From Coniocarpon cinnabarinum (lineage: Eukaryota): a stretch of DNA of 64,000 nucleotides. A program made the position numbers and the translations under genes. The number at the start of each line of letters is the position of its first letter. The stretch's first letter is position 1. The notes below the pieces were generated by a model. That model was given only the letters and a program-made list of their open reading frames with translations. It did not search any database and was not told where the DNA came from. Of this stretch, positions 49,701-63,188 are shown one piece after another. The stretch is taken from contig JAVECO010000020.1 in assembly GCA_051942205.1 (NCBI GenBank), positions 62,001-126,000 of the forward strand. The letters run 5' to 3'.

Positions 49701-51437
49701 AAGATGCTTTGCTTCTGGAGGCTATCTTTGAAGCGAGTCGTCACTTTGTCATGAGTGGATTAGGGTCAATGTCGAAAATCAATCCTGAAGCTGACCATAT
49801 GCAATTGGTGTGAACTGCCTGCAGCTCCACTAGCGCTTTTGTGTAGTTTCGTCGCAACGAGACACTTGAAAGATTATTGGAAGAAGGCTGCAAACGGCAA
49901 GAATAACACCATCCTATATTTCTTTGTGATTCTAGAGCGATGAAAATACGAATGGTGAAGACTTTCCACCGATTGCGAACCAGCTGCTCTGCAAAATCAA
50001 AAGCTATGAGAAGCCTTTTGGATGAGAGGAAAGGAAGCTAAGGAGTCACGGCCGTGGAAAGGACGCGGATTGATTGCGAAAGGGCCATTGCGCCAGCGCA
50101 CGCGCCAACAAGAATTGCGTGCATGCCGTCTTATGGGCTGTCGACTAATCGATCCGAACAAGCAAGAGTCAGATCGGCGTGATCTTGGAACAAGCACTAC
50201 TAATGCATGATCCGCGGTGCGACCCAAGGGGCTGGGAAACGCTCGCGTCCCCGGATGGGGGAGTTCTGTCATTCTGGCAAGCCATTTCGCGGACGCGGAA
50301 CGAGAAGTTCGGTCAAGGGCCAGAAGAAAGAGCTGCACGAGCTGATCTGTAACGTACAGCGCACCAGTGCTCTAGCGCGGTCCACCTGGGGACCTCGAGT
50401 CGCAAAGTTCATGATCCACATGTAATTCGCCGAGACGAATTATTTGGTACATTCGGACTACATTGCGTCGCTAGGGGGCGCTTGTTCTGTCAGTAGTCAC
50501 ACCTGTCCTGCAGCTTGTACCTTACCAGCCGCCCGGGTCCAAGCCAAAACTGAATCATGGGGTGGCCAGCCGCATGGCGTGAGGAAGTTTAGGCTGACAT
50601 CGGAACACACCGAATGAGCAGACGCCGCCAACGCGGATTCGAGGCAGGGAGAACCGCGCCCATGAATGACGGAACCGCCTAGGGTGATAGCCGGGGCCGG
50701 CGCATAACACACATCCGTGTCAGAAGGGCGGACCGGGAGCTGGCGGGCACGCCGAGGAGAAGGGAGCGCAGCAACACGGTGGCCACGACGTGGACTTGGG
50801 TCGGCTCGCCGCTTGGACTGCTTCGGTATGGCTGCGAGGAAGCCGGAAGAGTTCAGTAATTAATTCAGGGGGACAACCAGATGGCAGAGGGCGCTTGGGC
50901 CGCGGTGTTGCGGCAATTCGGACTGGAATCCGCGTACACTACTGAACCACACCACCACCCAATGCGGACGAGCCGGTTTCCTGAAAGCAGGCAAGGAGGC
51001 GAGCACCCAATTCGTTTTCTGACATCGGGCGGCGCACGAGAGGCGACTGCTGCAGCGGGCAGCAGCTCATGCGTCCCGGTCGCTGAATTTGCCAGCTGCA
51101 CCAAACTCGTCATCAACGCTCCTTCTCGGCGGCGTGGCGTCGTCGTCGTCAACGTCAATTTTAGGACAGGCGCCCGGTCACGTGGCTCTGTTGGGTAACC
51201 CTAACCCGCTCGAATGCAGAGGCGTTACTCAACAAAACAGCAGATCAAATCATGTGCAACATTAGTGTATCGTGTGTCACTCTCGTCATGCCTTTGTGCA
51301 CTTGTGCAAATATCTGTCTCTAATCTGGATGTTTCCAAGCATCCGTCCTTTTGTCGTGGAAGATCAACACCTATTTACACGGGGCGCGGGCGTTCCGCAA
51401 CTATCCAATGCTTTCATAATCCCGTCACTCGCGCTGG

Positions 51438-52867
51438 ATGCACGAGCGCCGGAAGAGCGTGTTGGAAGACGCTAGAGATTGCTTCGTTGTTGAGACAGCG
51501 CCTTGTCCCACCAGCGAATCACAACAAATGCACAGTCATTCGGCCATGCAGAGCTCATCTCGCGGATTAGACGCGTCCAGATTGATCCCGCCCCCCACAG
51601 TGTCAGTGCTATCCCCCTCAGGTCTCCATGGAGCACATCGTGTCCTCCCCGCCAAAGACGGACTATCTGCATTGCAGCGATCGCAACGTGCTTTGGAAAA
51701 GCATTTACAGGACCTTCTTGATTCGCAATCGCAGGGACTAAGTGCCCAGGTAAGCCAGGCGCCGACTCTGGGGGTCGCAAATGGGCATGGCCACGACATT
51801 TCCTTGAAGGACACACGGCGTAGCGTCACGCACACGATCCAGGAGTTGGCAGTAATCAAGGCTGACGAACTCGACAAACTCCGTGAACAGTCCGAAGAAG
51901 TCCGGGACATTCTCGCTAAGTCTTCCACCTGGGTAAAGCAGCGTGAAGCCCTGCAGCATGATATCAACAATCTCGATCAGATAAACCTCAGCAAGGAAAT
52001 TGAATCGTTGACTGTAGAGGACGGTCATCTGGAGCAGCAAATCTTTGCTTTGAATGAGAGGCTGATGCAACTCCGACATCGCCAACAAGCGGTGAGGGCT
52101 CGTATTTCGAAGCTGAAAAATAGCAAGGCGTCTGAACAATCTTCGTACGAGACAGCTCTCGCGGCCGTAGAGAAGGAAGTTTCAAGCTTTCTCCGTATGC
52201 CACTTCCAGAGGTGCTTCTGCATAGCGATAACTTTTCCCTCTTGAGCACTCTACCGCCCAAGCGGCGAACGTTAGACATGCTGGTGGATCAGGCAAAGCA
52301 GGCACAAGAGTCATTGTTGCAGCATGAGAACGACGTGACGAGGGACCATGACGCGCTTACAAATGGCAGTAGACTTTGGCAAGAAGCTGTGCGCGTGATT
52401 GAAAGCTTTGAGAACCACCTTCGCCTCGCCGTTCGAAATCCTGCGGGTAATGCTTCGCCGTTTGCAGAATTGTCGGTGGCACCCGAACATCGGGTTGATC
52501 ACGCAGGTATGGAAGGGCCCCAGCAGATGCTGTCGCAGATGCATGGCGTTCAACAAACCTTACAAGGCTTCTTCAACGAGGCCCAGGACCACGGATGGAG
52601 ATTGTTGATTGCTGCGGTGAGCTGCATTTATTCTGAAGCATGTTTCAGAAGCAACGCAGGATTGTGTTTTGACTTTACCCTTTTCAGATAGGAGCAGAGC
52701 TGGAAGCCTTCAAACAAGGTCACGACATCTTGCAGAAGCTCACCACGGCAGCCGACACGTCCCAAGATGAACCCAGGCGAACGACGCGTGCGTCCGAAGA
52801 CGTGATCGATGATCCAGCTAATCTCCTGCTGTCACAGCCTCAAGACGCCGATGAAGAAGGTCACTGA
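51438..52867 (+). CDS. Atg28-like coiled-coil protein; 2 exons
   Basis: LQDLLDSQSQGL, LPPKRRTLDM, GSRLWQEAV..IESFE; intron 52617-52687 gives GWRLLIAAIGAELEAFKQG. Start uncertain (51438 or 51528). Confidence 0.7.
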
Positions 52868-53115
52868 AATGAGCCAGGTGCCAGTCATCGCGATCTCGAT
52901 TGGACAAATCTTGTACATACAAGAAATGTTTAAAGAACTGCAGTTCCGGGAATGTTTCTGGAAAGTTTCCGCATTCCGTACTTGGACGAAAGCAGGTGAG
53001 CTACTAGCTTCCCTCTCGATGCACCCCGCTCGGCCTGACCCCGCAGACATACCAATTCTTCAGACGGATGATCCCCGAAACTTAAACGATCTTGATTCGT
53101 GCTCTGGAGGGAAAC

Positions 53116-55149
53116 ATGAACGCATCCAAGGTTCTCGTACCAGAGAAGCTGTCGGCGGAGGGCTTGTCGCTTCTTCAGACCACCTTGGAGGTGGACGAGC
53201 GCAAGGGTCTGGCTGCAGACGAGGTTCAAGCGATCATTCCTCAATACGAGGCCCTGATCGTCCGCAGCGAGACAAAAGTGACAGCAGAGCTACTCAAAGC
53301 GGGTACGAGGCTGAAAGTAGTTGCCAGGGCGGGTGTAGGTACCGACAACATTGGTAGGTCCCAGCTTTCCGTGGATAGCTCCAACCGAAGTTCCTCTGTT
53401 TCATGCTAACACCCTGTCTCGGCATGTAGATGTTCCTGCGGCCACTAAATTAGGCGTGGTGGTGGTAAACTCGCCCTCGTACGGTTTAGTGTCTCGGCTG
53501 GCTAATAGGCGTGGCGAAGTGTGAGTTTGACTGACTTGAAGCAAAACAGTGGTAACATCGGAGCGGCCGCCGAGCATACCATCGCTTTGCTATGCGCGAC
53601 TGCTCGGAATGTTTCCGACGGCTGTGCCAGCATCAAAGCTGGAAAATGGGAGCGGAGCCGGCTTGTCGGTGTCGAGTACAAAGGCAAAACGCTCGGTATT
53701 ATAGGTTTAGGGAAAGGTCAGCAAGCCACGGGCTGTGTGCCCGTTTTTTCAGGGCGCGCATGTGTGTGCGTGTCAGTATGCTGACCTACACTCCCCCCAG
53801 TCGGCATTACGGTCGCGAGAATGGCAATCGGCCTAGGCATGCGCGTCATCGCGCTGGATCCATACGCATCGCCGGCCATCGCGCAGGCCGCTAACGTGTC
53901 CCTGGTCAACAGCATGGACGAGCTGCTCCTATCATGCGACTGGCTGACCATCCACACGCCTTTGATGGCAAGCACCAAGGACCTCATCGGCGAGGCCGAG
54001 ATCGCAAAGCTCAAGCCGAAGTCCCGCCTGCTCAACGTCGCGCGTGGTGGCGTAATCAACGAAGCTGCCCTGCTCGCTGCGTTGGAATCCGGTCATGTCG
54101 CAGGGGCCGGCATTGACGTGTTCACGACCGAGCCACCGGAACCGGGCTCGGCCGCTGCGAACCTGATCGCTCATCCTCGAGTGGTCGCCACGCCACATCT
54201 CGGCGCCAGCACCGTCGAGGCCCAAGAAAATGTCTCCATCGACGTGTGTGAACAGGTGGTTGGGATCTTGGCGGGCGATCTGCCCCGCTCCGCCGTCAAT
54301 GCTCCGCTCATCCTGCCGGAGGAGTTCAAGACGCTGCAGCCATTTGTGCGGCTGGTCGAGAAAATGGGCAGTCTGTATACGCAGTACTTCTCGCGATCCT
54401 CCGGCGGCGCGACGGAGCTGGCTGAAACCGCCACGACGTTTGAACTGCTTTACGAGGGCGCGCTCGCCACGCTGACGAACACGAAACCGCTGTTCGCGGC
54501 GCTGGTGAAAGGTTTGATTGCCAGCGTGTCCAGCACAAACGTCACCATCGTCAACGCCGAGATCGTCGCGCGCGAGCGTGGCATCGTCGTGAACGAGCAA
54601 AAGTCACGCGACGCGAGCTCGCAGACGTACTCATCCCTGGTGACGCTTCGCGCCCGTTCCGCTCCATCCCGCGCGCCGTCTCCCTTCGACGCTCGTGGAG
54701 CCGCCAGGTCCGCATCAGCATCTGGGAAGAAGGCTGGACGGGCGGACCGTGTCATCTCGGGCTATGTCTCTGGGGATCAAGCCAACATTAGTCGCTTGGG
54801 TCGCTTTGCCACGAGCTTCAACCCTGAGGGCCACTTGGTGATTGCGCATAACTATGACACGCCTGGCATGATTGGAAAAGTGGGTGGCCTGTTGGGCACA
54901 GAGAGCGTGAACATCAGTGCTATGAGTGTTGCGCCGGTGAGCTTGACCGAGGCAGAGAAAGAGAATGGGAAGTATCTCAGTGTCCCATCTGGAGCCGCTA
55001 GCACGCCCGCAGTCAATGGCTCGGCGGATGGGAAGAATGGCAATGAATCGCTGATGATTCTGAGCGTTGACCAAGATGTCAGTGGAGCAGTCGTGAAACG
55101 CCTCAACGAAGAGATCGGTATACTGCGCGTGAACACGGTCGCGCTTTGA
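53116..55149 (+). CDS. D-3-phosphoglycerate dehydrogenase, type I (ASB + ACT domains); 4 exons
   Basis: ALIVRSETKV, ARAGVGTDNID, GKTLGIIGLGKVG, NVARGG, TPHLGASTVEAQ and ACT motif NYDTPGMIGKVG. Introns 53354-53429, 53479-53549 and 53717-53800. Confidence 0.93.
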
Positions 55150-56527
55150 GGTGGGTGAGGCCACAGGCGTCTGTATGAGCACTTTCGTTGGAAAGATTGG
55201 GCACAGGACTTCATTTTGTCACTAGATTATTTGACATGCATGTTGCTGGGGTAAATTAAATTGTACGAAGTACTCACATGGCTTTGACGTTGGAAATTGA
55301 CCACGAATTGACGAAAGAGACGACAGCATTAGATCGAAAGCGTGTCACATATCACAAATTGTCAGGCGGGGGCGTTAGCTTGCACATGTGTAAAGAGGTT
55401 CAAATTCAACTTTGATTCTTGGCCCATCTTTCGTTGACGAGCAATTCTTGCTTTCCGAGAGTCGTGAGGCACTCTGCTTCTCCCTCGTACAGCAGATAAG
55501 CGTCAGGGGAAGAAGTCCCTAGGTAAGATTATTCCATGCCCCATCCAGTACGCCTATTGCACCAGCGTCATTTTGATAAACTCGCACGATCTTCATTCTA
55601 GCTGCACTAAGTGCGACGGGATCAAGTTTTGCTCTAGTCCGAGATCAGTGGCCTTGGTCGCCTTCTTGTCACAAGTGTGGCGGCGGGCAATGACATACTT
55701 CGCAACGAACGCCCTTGGCAAGGTCACCGTTTACATTCGTTCGAGCGTCGTAACAATTGCATGTCTCCTCGGCGAACCAGTCTGAAACGACAAGATCAAC
55801 ATGAGCACGAAATGACAGTCCTTTTTAACGTACTCGACGGGATCAGAGTGGCAGTGGCAGCGCTTTTAAGAATACAGAACCGTTGCTGTCTTTGGAGAGA
55901 TGGCTGGTGGCGTGCTCACTTATGTTCGCGTTTTCGCTGCCATGGAGATCAACGACACGGTCAAAGTAATGTGCATTGGGGTTTTGTCCTCTGGTAACGT
56001 CGAGAATCTCACAAGTTCCTCTCACTTCCTTGGACAGCCATTCTGTTGTGCCTCGTGAGGGGTGGAAACGTCAGCTGGCCTCCTCAATTAGACCTCTGAA
56101 AATGATTCCGCAGTAGCCGATTTCAGTGCCGGCCGCGGCTTGCAGCAAAGGCGTAATCTACAGCAAGTTGAAGGAGTGGACTATACATCGAAGAATAGAC
56201 TCTTGGAATGAGGTACATCCGGTTAGAACACATCGAGGAAGTCAGTCAATCCATTGTCGTAAAAGTATGCATCATGATGCCATCAAGAGTTGCATTTCGC
56301 ACGGCTGATGAACGAGGAACTTTCAACAGACTCCTCACCACGCTCAATCAGGCTGCATCGAGGAGACAATTGTGCGACGTTGTTAGTTCGCGACAGGGCT
56401 ACTCAGGCTTGTGCAAGCGTCTGCTGTCTGTATGCAGAGACATTTCTCAACGTTGTGCATGAATCCCAAAGATCGGCACAGGTCAGGGTCGTGTCTATGT
56501 CTTCGCTAAGCACGCATATTTCGCCCG

Positions 56528-57901
56528 TCATTCGCCTTCTTGCCGTCGACTGGAAATCACCCGACGCTCAAACATCAAGCTACGATCGAGGAAATGCTGT
56601 CCATGGTCATCCTGAGGCTGACCCCGAGCATCGGCGCCTGTCACACGTGACCAGAGAGACCACTTGCTGGCTTGTAATGTCTGCGGGAGCGTTGTAGGCG
56701 GTCGTAGCACCCATGGAGCTTCATGCTCGTAGCCATAATGGCCTGCTCCTTGCCAATGCAACAGTGTCGGATCACCACTGCACTCCAGTACGGCATTGCC
56801 TTGCATGGGGAACTTCCACAGCTTGGCAGCTGAAATGACATCGTCGAGCTGTGCCTCTTTGGCCCTGAATGTTTCAAAGACGAGCTCCAGTGTTTGCAGA
56901 TTCGGCCAGAACTCTGCGATTTGCGGGCCCCAGCGACCATCCTTTTCGAAATTATCTAGGGGGAACTCGGGCTCGGCTCCCTTGCGGCGAGCTTCGCGAC
57001 CTTGATCCATGGCCATGTCATTGTGTGGGGGTTGCGTGTGGTTAATCATCGGCTCAAGCCTGAGCTTTTTCTTTACATCATGGGCTTCTGGGTGGTCGGT
57101 CCAAGTCCACCAGTCAGTGCGATTGAGTCGAATCGTGAGGTGAGTGATCGGGGCACCGATGCATATCCTCTCCAGTGACAGGGTTGACCCCAAGAATGGC
57201 ATTCTGGGCACCGTTCGAAACATTTCGCGCTCATCTTCAGTAAGCTGCCTAGTCTTTGGATACTCTCCATTCAGAGTCCCCTCAAACTGACAGCCATTCT
57301 CTCTGGCTTGCACACCGAGGTTACGGGAACAGCGTTCGAGTGCCCCTAAGCTACACGTCAGTATCGATCAAGGGAGAGTACTGCACTGAAAGTCGAGGGG
57401 AAAGAGCTCACCGCCCTCCAGATTGTTCTGCTGCAGTGTGAGCTCAACACTCGTAATGGCCGCGAACTGCCATGGCCTCATTCGAAGAGAGTTATAGATC
57501 CCGTAAACATGACTGTGCAGGGGATAAGGTTGCGGCGGCCTGTCCTTGACATCGCCATCGAATACGGATACTGTGTTAGACGCAACTGGCATGCAAAAGG
57601 TCTCCACGTATACAGCCCGACATGTCACAAGCAAGTCAATCATGACCCGCAACTTCGCTGAGCGGCCTGGTCGCACCCACCTCTTGGGAGGGTGAGGAGA
57701 GCCCTCGTCCTCGAAGGATTGCAACGCATATTGCCAGATCAGCTCGCGTATCTCAGGGAGCAGTGTTGAGTACAGGGGGCTTTGCTCCTGCAAATTCACC
57801 TCTGATGGGTCTTCCAGATATTTGAAAGCTAGAGGAAGCTCATGCGCTGGTATAGGGGGCCTCTTCACGCTAACGGGACGCTGGTGTCTGAAAGGGTGCA
57901 T
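56528..57901 (-). CDS. Conserved fungal hypothetical protein (F-box-like N-terminal motif); 2 exons
   Basis: QEQSPLYSTLLPEIRELIWQYAL, LLVTCRAVYVET, ITHLTIRLNRTDWWTW, PNLQTLELVFET; intron 57346-57411 restores the frame. Confidence 0.78.
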
Positions 57902-58755
57902 TCTCGATCCCCGGCTGAGCTGCGCGTTTTGAAGTCGCTTGGAATACTCTCAGAAATTTGTTTCAATGTCTCAAGCAGAAACGCGCGAGCAGTGAGAAGG
58001 CGATAGATATTATACGCCGACGGTTGGCGGCGTAACCTCTGTTCTCTTCAGCCTTGTAGGAACGCCTTGCCACTATTGACACGTGGCACGCGATCAGAGA
58101 TCAATGAGACGCATTGACAGCACAATGAAACTCATATTCTCAGGTGGAATTTGACAATTACCAAGAAATTGAAGTCAGGCAATGAGGCTACAAAGGACGT
58201 GAGTGCACGTCGACGGCACGGTTGCGCGGGTCGTTCGAGTCACGTGATTCTTATTACGGACTCGCTCATTATTTTAGCGCGTTTCCGTGGCTCCGCCCTG
58301 CCTACTTTATCTAATATCATTTCGCTGGCAGGAGGGCCCGCAGGCGGTGAGGAAACAAGCACGACCCATACCAAGAGCTTTCAATCCCATGTGCTCGGTT
58401 GAAATGCCTTTGAAACCGCCTTGCGTTTGACGCTAACGTTGCTCACCTTGTGGACGTTGGATAGTCAGGCATCGTTGAAACTCGAAAGAATGCGCAGATA
58501 AGGCAAAGACCTCGAGAGCGCACCACATAGTGTAAAGTGTATGCCTATCTTCAAGGAAAAGACCTCGTGGTTACAAAGTCTTCGGCGACTTACTTTCAAG
58601 ACCGATTGAATCTTTAGTGAGTAAGCAACAATCTTGAGCATGCACGAGAAACGAGAAAAGAGCCAGGAGAGGGTGTACTACCGTGATCAATGGAGTGTTC
58701 TATGAATTACAGTGAATCTATGTTCATGCTCTTGGATCATGCCAGACTGTCAGCT

Positions 58756-60275
58756 TCATTCCCATTCAATCGTCACTCCCCAAATGATGTTGTCTCTGGT
58801 CCACGTGACCATGACCGTCTTGCCACTGGGATCAAACCACGGGTGGCCACAGACACAATACCGCCAGCCATTCCCACCCACGTCCGGAATACTTTCTGGC
58901 AGCGTCGTCGCAACCTCATCGTGATCCTGCCATGGCCCCTCCAGCCGGTCTGCAGTCTTGCAGATGATGTTGCTGACGGGCCACTGGGTGCTGTGCAGAA
59001 ACATCCACTTGTTAAAGTAGTTGCTCCAGAAAGGACGACTTTGGTTCATCCAGAAGCGGTCCCAGTGCGCCATTTCCTTGGTGATCTGTACTTTGCCAGG
59101 GCCGGCGTTGCCGATGCGCTCACGCATCCAGCGCTTGTCTGCGCCGTGCCAGTACTCGTAGCTGTTGATGTCGAGAGCACGGTCCGCTGGGCAGCGCATG
59201 AGGTAAGTGCGGCTGGAGAAGTCGTCATGCGTGTCCGGGCCGTGACCTGTCTTTGTCAGCAACACGTATGAGACGAGATTGATGAACATTATGTGACCAA
59301 CCCCAAATATAGATGTGTCCGTCGTGAGCATTGAGCGTCGCGCCTGTATCTCCCCATTTGGGCTCATCTTCGCCCCACATGAAGTCAAACTGCAGAAACA
59401 CGTGAGCCAATGGAGGAGTTTGCTAATGATCAGACACGGGAATATACCGGACGCGAAGCCTCAGGCACACTACCTGGGCCCATACGACAGGTCGCGACGC
59501 CGGACCCCAAAAAGTGATTTCGACCGCCTGGCCGATGCACCTTGTGGTAATACACCACGCCTTCGTTCGGTGATAGCTCCATCACATTTGAGCATCCCAA
59601 CGTCCACTCGCTGAGGCCACCGTGATCTTTCTCGTGCTGATTTAGCGGTAGAAACGTGGCAACGAAAGGGGTGTTTGGGATTAGCTTGGTATCCATGCTG
59701 CACATGGGTGCTCTCATGCTGCCAATGGAGGTAGCGTCCACGGCACAGATGTTGGCATGGTGCTCGTCCCCCATGAGGGTGTCGCCCCATCCCCAGACGA
59801 TCTTTCCGTCGAGGATACCGCTGAAGCCGAGGTCACGCATCGTTTGGTGGCGCTCACCCTTGGGGTGATAGAAGTAGTGACGTTCATGATAGTCGCGTTT
59901 GGCGACTTTGGGCGGCATACGGCCAGGTCCCGGATGCTGCCCCGACAAGTAAGCACCCTACGGTCAGGTTGTTGAATGTAGACTTACATGCTGGCCTGGT
60001 TGGGGCACTACCGGCAACGGGTCATCAGGGCGGTCGATGGGAAAGGGCGGGCACCCGGGTCCGTGGACAGAGCCTGGATGGCCAATGGCCTTGTGAAGAT
60101 CACTTTCAGAGCACGGCGGTGCTGGTTTTGCTGCTGGATTGTCCGCTCCGGGATGGTGAAAGCCAGCTGGATGAGGTGATGCAGGCGGAGGAGCTCCATG
60201 CTGTTTTTCATCGCCCAGGTACCTCTGGACTTTGTCCTGGACCTTGTCCTGCAGCTTGTGCACCCACTCAGACAT
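58756..60275 (-). CDS. DUF4185-like beta-propeller protein with Pro-rich N-terminus; 4 exons
   Basis: RDLGFSG...WGWGDTL, WGDTG, YIWGHGP, YEYWHG, WSNYFNKW, ADRLEGPW, HPWFDPSGKT. Introns about 59940-59987, 59390-59447 and 59247-59301. Confidence 0.75.
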
Positions 60276-61042
60276 GGTGGGCGTTCTTTGCAGCAGAACA
60301 ACGTGAATGGAAAATAGTTTTGTGATGAAATTTATGGATGTGCAATGTTGAGCAGGTTCCCAGTTTGACGTCAGCGTACGGAAGTACTTCCATTGGGCGG
60401 TGAAACGGTCAAGTCGGAGCCAGCCAGCTCCTTCGCTCTTCGTGACACCGCCATTCTCCCTCGACTGTGTGATGAGTCTCGGATCAGTTACTATTCTAGT
60501 GTGGCAAGACTAATGCGAGCTGGATGTCGCAAAAAAACTCCCATTACATTATGTAGTATAGGCGCGGCGAGAACCAGATTGAGACTAGCCCTGGCTTGTA
60601 TGCAAGGGACGAACGGCACACCGGGAGTGCCTCTTTGCAGTTGTCGCGATCCTGGAAAGTCACGGCGATGTCTTTGATGCGTAAAGCCAACACATAGGCG
60701 CGCCTAGCGACAACAACACTGTGTGTGGTGGATCGGCATTAGCTCCTCAATCTGGCGCGAGACTCCTATCGCATGGACGTTTCTTTCTGTCTTGCAGCCA
60801 GTGCAAATCGCGGCGAGGTGGCTGACCTGGTTTCGTCTCTCCCTTCAGTGTCCGCAAAATCGTCTCTTCCCAACAACTACAACGTGTAGCTCTCATCGTA
60901 TTGCTCAAACGGAAGGCAAGGAAGGGCCTGGTGCCCCTACCGACTTGCCCCTGGACCCTACTACGGATGCAAAGTATTCTCACTGAATACTCGAGATCGT
61001 CTCATGAGACTGTCGTGGCTGTCTTGAGCAGGCAAGATCATC

Positions 61043-61908
61043 ATGTCTGCTATAACTTCATCACCCTTTGTGCACCCAGGTGCCTACTCGCTCAACCGCG
61101 GCATCACTTACGGCTTTATCGGCCTCAGCCACTACGTCCATGCCTTGTGGAATTATTCTAATCGTGGTATCGTTTTTGAGGTGTACACCGCACTCTCGCG
61201 GAACCTCGCTCTCAAGAACATCCTACCAGCGCCAGGTCCCATGAGCGTCCGGCGTTTCCTGCAACAATACTTCCTTCTCATTCCAGGATCCGGTTTGGGT
61301 GGCACCTCCTCGGTGCGGCCATCAGTCATCAGGGACTCGAGCATCTGCTCGCAAACATGCTGACGCTCCAGCTGACGGGCTCTTCACTTGCACGATTCCT
61401 CCCACCCCTGCATTATGTTGAGCTTATACTCGCATCGGCTGTGGCGTCTAGTCTGGCGACTGTCCATTGTATACCGGCACCGCTAAATCCTTTGACTTAC
61501 CGTGTCAGAGACTTGAATGTACAGCCCGTTTACCGATTTACCGCAGCGCTTGGTGCGAGTGGCGTACTCAGTGCGCTTACCGTTTGCGCCGCGGCTTTCG
61601 AGCCGAACAGACTGGTCAAACCGTATGGGATTCCGGTACCCGTGCCCATGTGGGCAGCCGCCGTGGGATATAATTTCGTGGATCTGATGATCATGCAAAG
61701 TGGCATTGAAAGCCAGGTCTCGCATGTGACTCACCTAGCGGGCGCGGCAACCGGCCTCGTGTGGTATATTCTACTTGGTAGGCAATTTGGTGGTCCTCGA
61801 AGTTGGCTCCGCCCACGATCAAAGAGTTTCGGTGGAGATTGGGGCCCGTTTGCGACAGGCTGGAGAGACTCTTGGGATGTGTACGGAGGCGGAAGACGCT
61901 TAGGTTAA
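61043..61908 (+). CDS. Rhomboid-family intramembrane serine protease (Pcp1-like); contains a -1 frameshift at about 61293-61300
   Basis: FLQQYFLLIPG in one frame; AAISHQGLEHLLANM, catalytic GASG and HVTHLAGAATG in the -1 frame. 5' end uncertain. Confidence 0.75.
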
Positions 61909-62312
61909 TGCGCAGATGCGCAGGCGTGGGTCATAAAAGCTATCTTCTCAAAGGCCAAGGCGCTTGACGCTGTGGATGCGCTGAGTCCTGACTTTGCCTA
62001 GCAAGAGCAAATTTGGGGTTCCCGAAACGTCTTAGGTATATAGAGGTCACCTCTCAGGTGCTGTTGTGAGAATAGGGGCGGGTGCTATACCGCGAGGTGG
62101 GTCCACACTGGACGCGCGATTGCTCGAGCAAGCCCATATGCTGCGTTACACACAGCAGGAAGCCCTTCGAAAGCCTGGACTGCTCGACAAGGATGTCAAA
62201 TCAATGTGAAGGACCTCACGCATACGCTGAGATGGTGCCTCTCCCTCGTACAGCATTTGAGTGTACAAAACCTCGTGTTTCTCAGGATCCAAGGCGTCAC
62301 CTACAGCCTTCA

Positions 62313-63188
62313 TCATACCGGTCTCAAAGCCCACATCCTCACAGCAAACAGCCCCCTCGGAAAGCCCTTCTGCACCTCCTCCATCTCCATCTTCAAGCCC
62401 GCCTCCGCAAACATTTGCCTCCAACTCTTCAAACATCGTGTTACCGTGGAGTCTGTGGCATCGAAATCGTCAAATTCGCCTCCAATCACATTTTCCTTGA
62501 CGCCGATCCAGCCATCCTCCTTCAATCCGCGTTTCGCGCGCTTCAAGTACGCTATTAACTCTGTGTCTGTTAACTGTCCAAGACACCATTGATGCCATAT
62601 CAAACCGTATGTGTTTGACTTGGGATTCCAGGATTCCAGGCCTTTGTTTTGAATGGTGCCGACGCGGTTCTCAGCTCGTAAAAAAGCAAAGGGCTCGCCG
62701 GTTGAGATCTCTTCTGTGAATTTTGCAATTGGCTCAACGATGTCGATGGTTGTGGCAATGGTAGATAGAAAGCCAAGTGTGACACGCCCGATGCCAGCAC
62801 CGCAGTCCGCCGCTCGTTCTATCGGCAAGGTCCTCGAGCTTTCGCCGTTTTTTGTCTCTTCGCCCGCTTCCCCATTCTTCTCGCCATTGGTGACTCCCGC
62901 CTTCTGCGGGGTATCGTTGGACTTAATGCCACTAGGGATACCCTCGTCTGAGCCTCGCCGCCTCTTTCCCAATGCCGTCCGCCGCTGCATCTTGGCGAAG
63001 AAGTTTTTCGAGCCTTGCAGATCCACTTTGCTGACTTGGGGGATGCCGCCGAGCATGCCGGACACCGACGCCGGCTGCGAGGACCAGTATTGCGTCCCAG
63101 CTTGGTGGGAGATTCTAGAGTCGGGACGTGCTAAGTCGAAATTGAAGCCATTGCTGTCTATCGCACCGAGGGCGTCGTCGCAGGGCAT
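62313..63188 (-). CDS. NTM1: Alpha N-terminal protein methyltransferase (Ntm1/Tae1)
   Basis: YWSSQPASVSGMLGG, DCGAGIGRVT, IWHQWCLGQLTD, VKENV, DSTVTR, GFPRGLFAVRMWAL; ATG at 63188. Confidence 0.92.
   Translation of the reverse strand: MPCDDALGAIDSNGFNFDLARPDSRISHQAGTQYWSSQPASVSGMLGGIPQVSKVDLQGSKNFFAKMQRRTALGKRRRGSDEGIPSGIKSNDTPQKAGVTNGEKNGEAGEETKNGESSRTLPIERAADCGAGIGRVTLGFLSTIATTIDIVEPIAKFTEEISTGEPFAFLRAENRVGTIQNKGLESWNPKSNTYGLIWHQWCLGQLTDTELIAYLKRAKRGLKEDGWIGVKENVIGGEFDDFDATDSTVTRCLKSWRQMFAEAGLKMEMEEVQKGFPRGLFAVRMWALRPV

Noticed and set aside
59225..59410. Apparent frameshift in the DUF4185-like gene
   Set aside because: Resolved by a canonical 55-nt intron (59247-59301) giving YIWGHGP.
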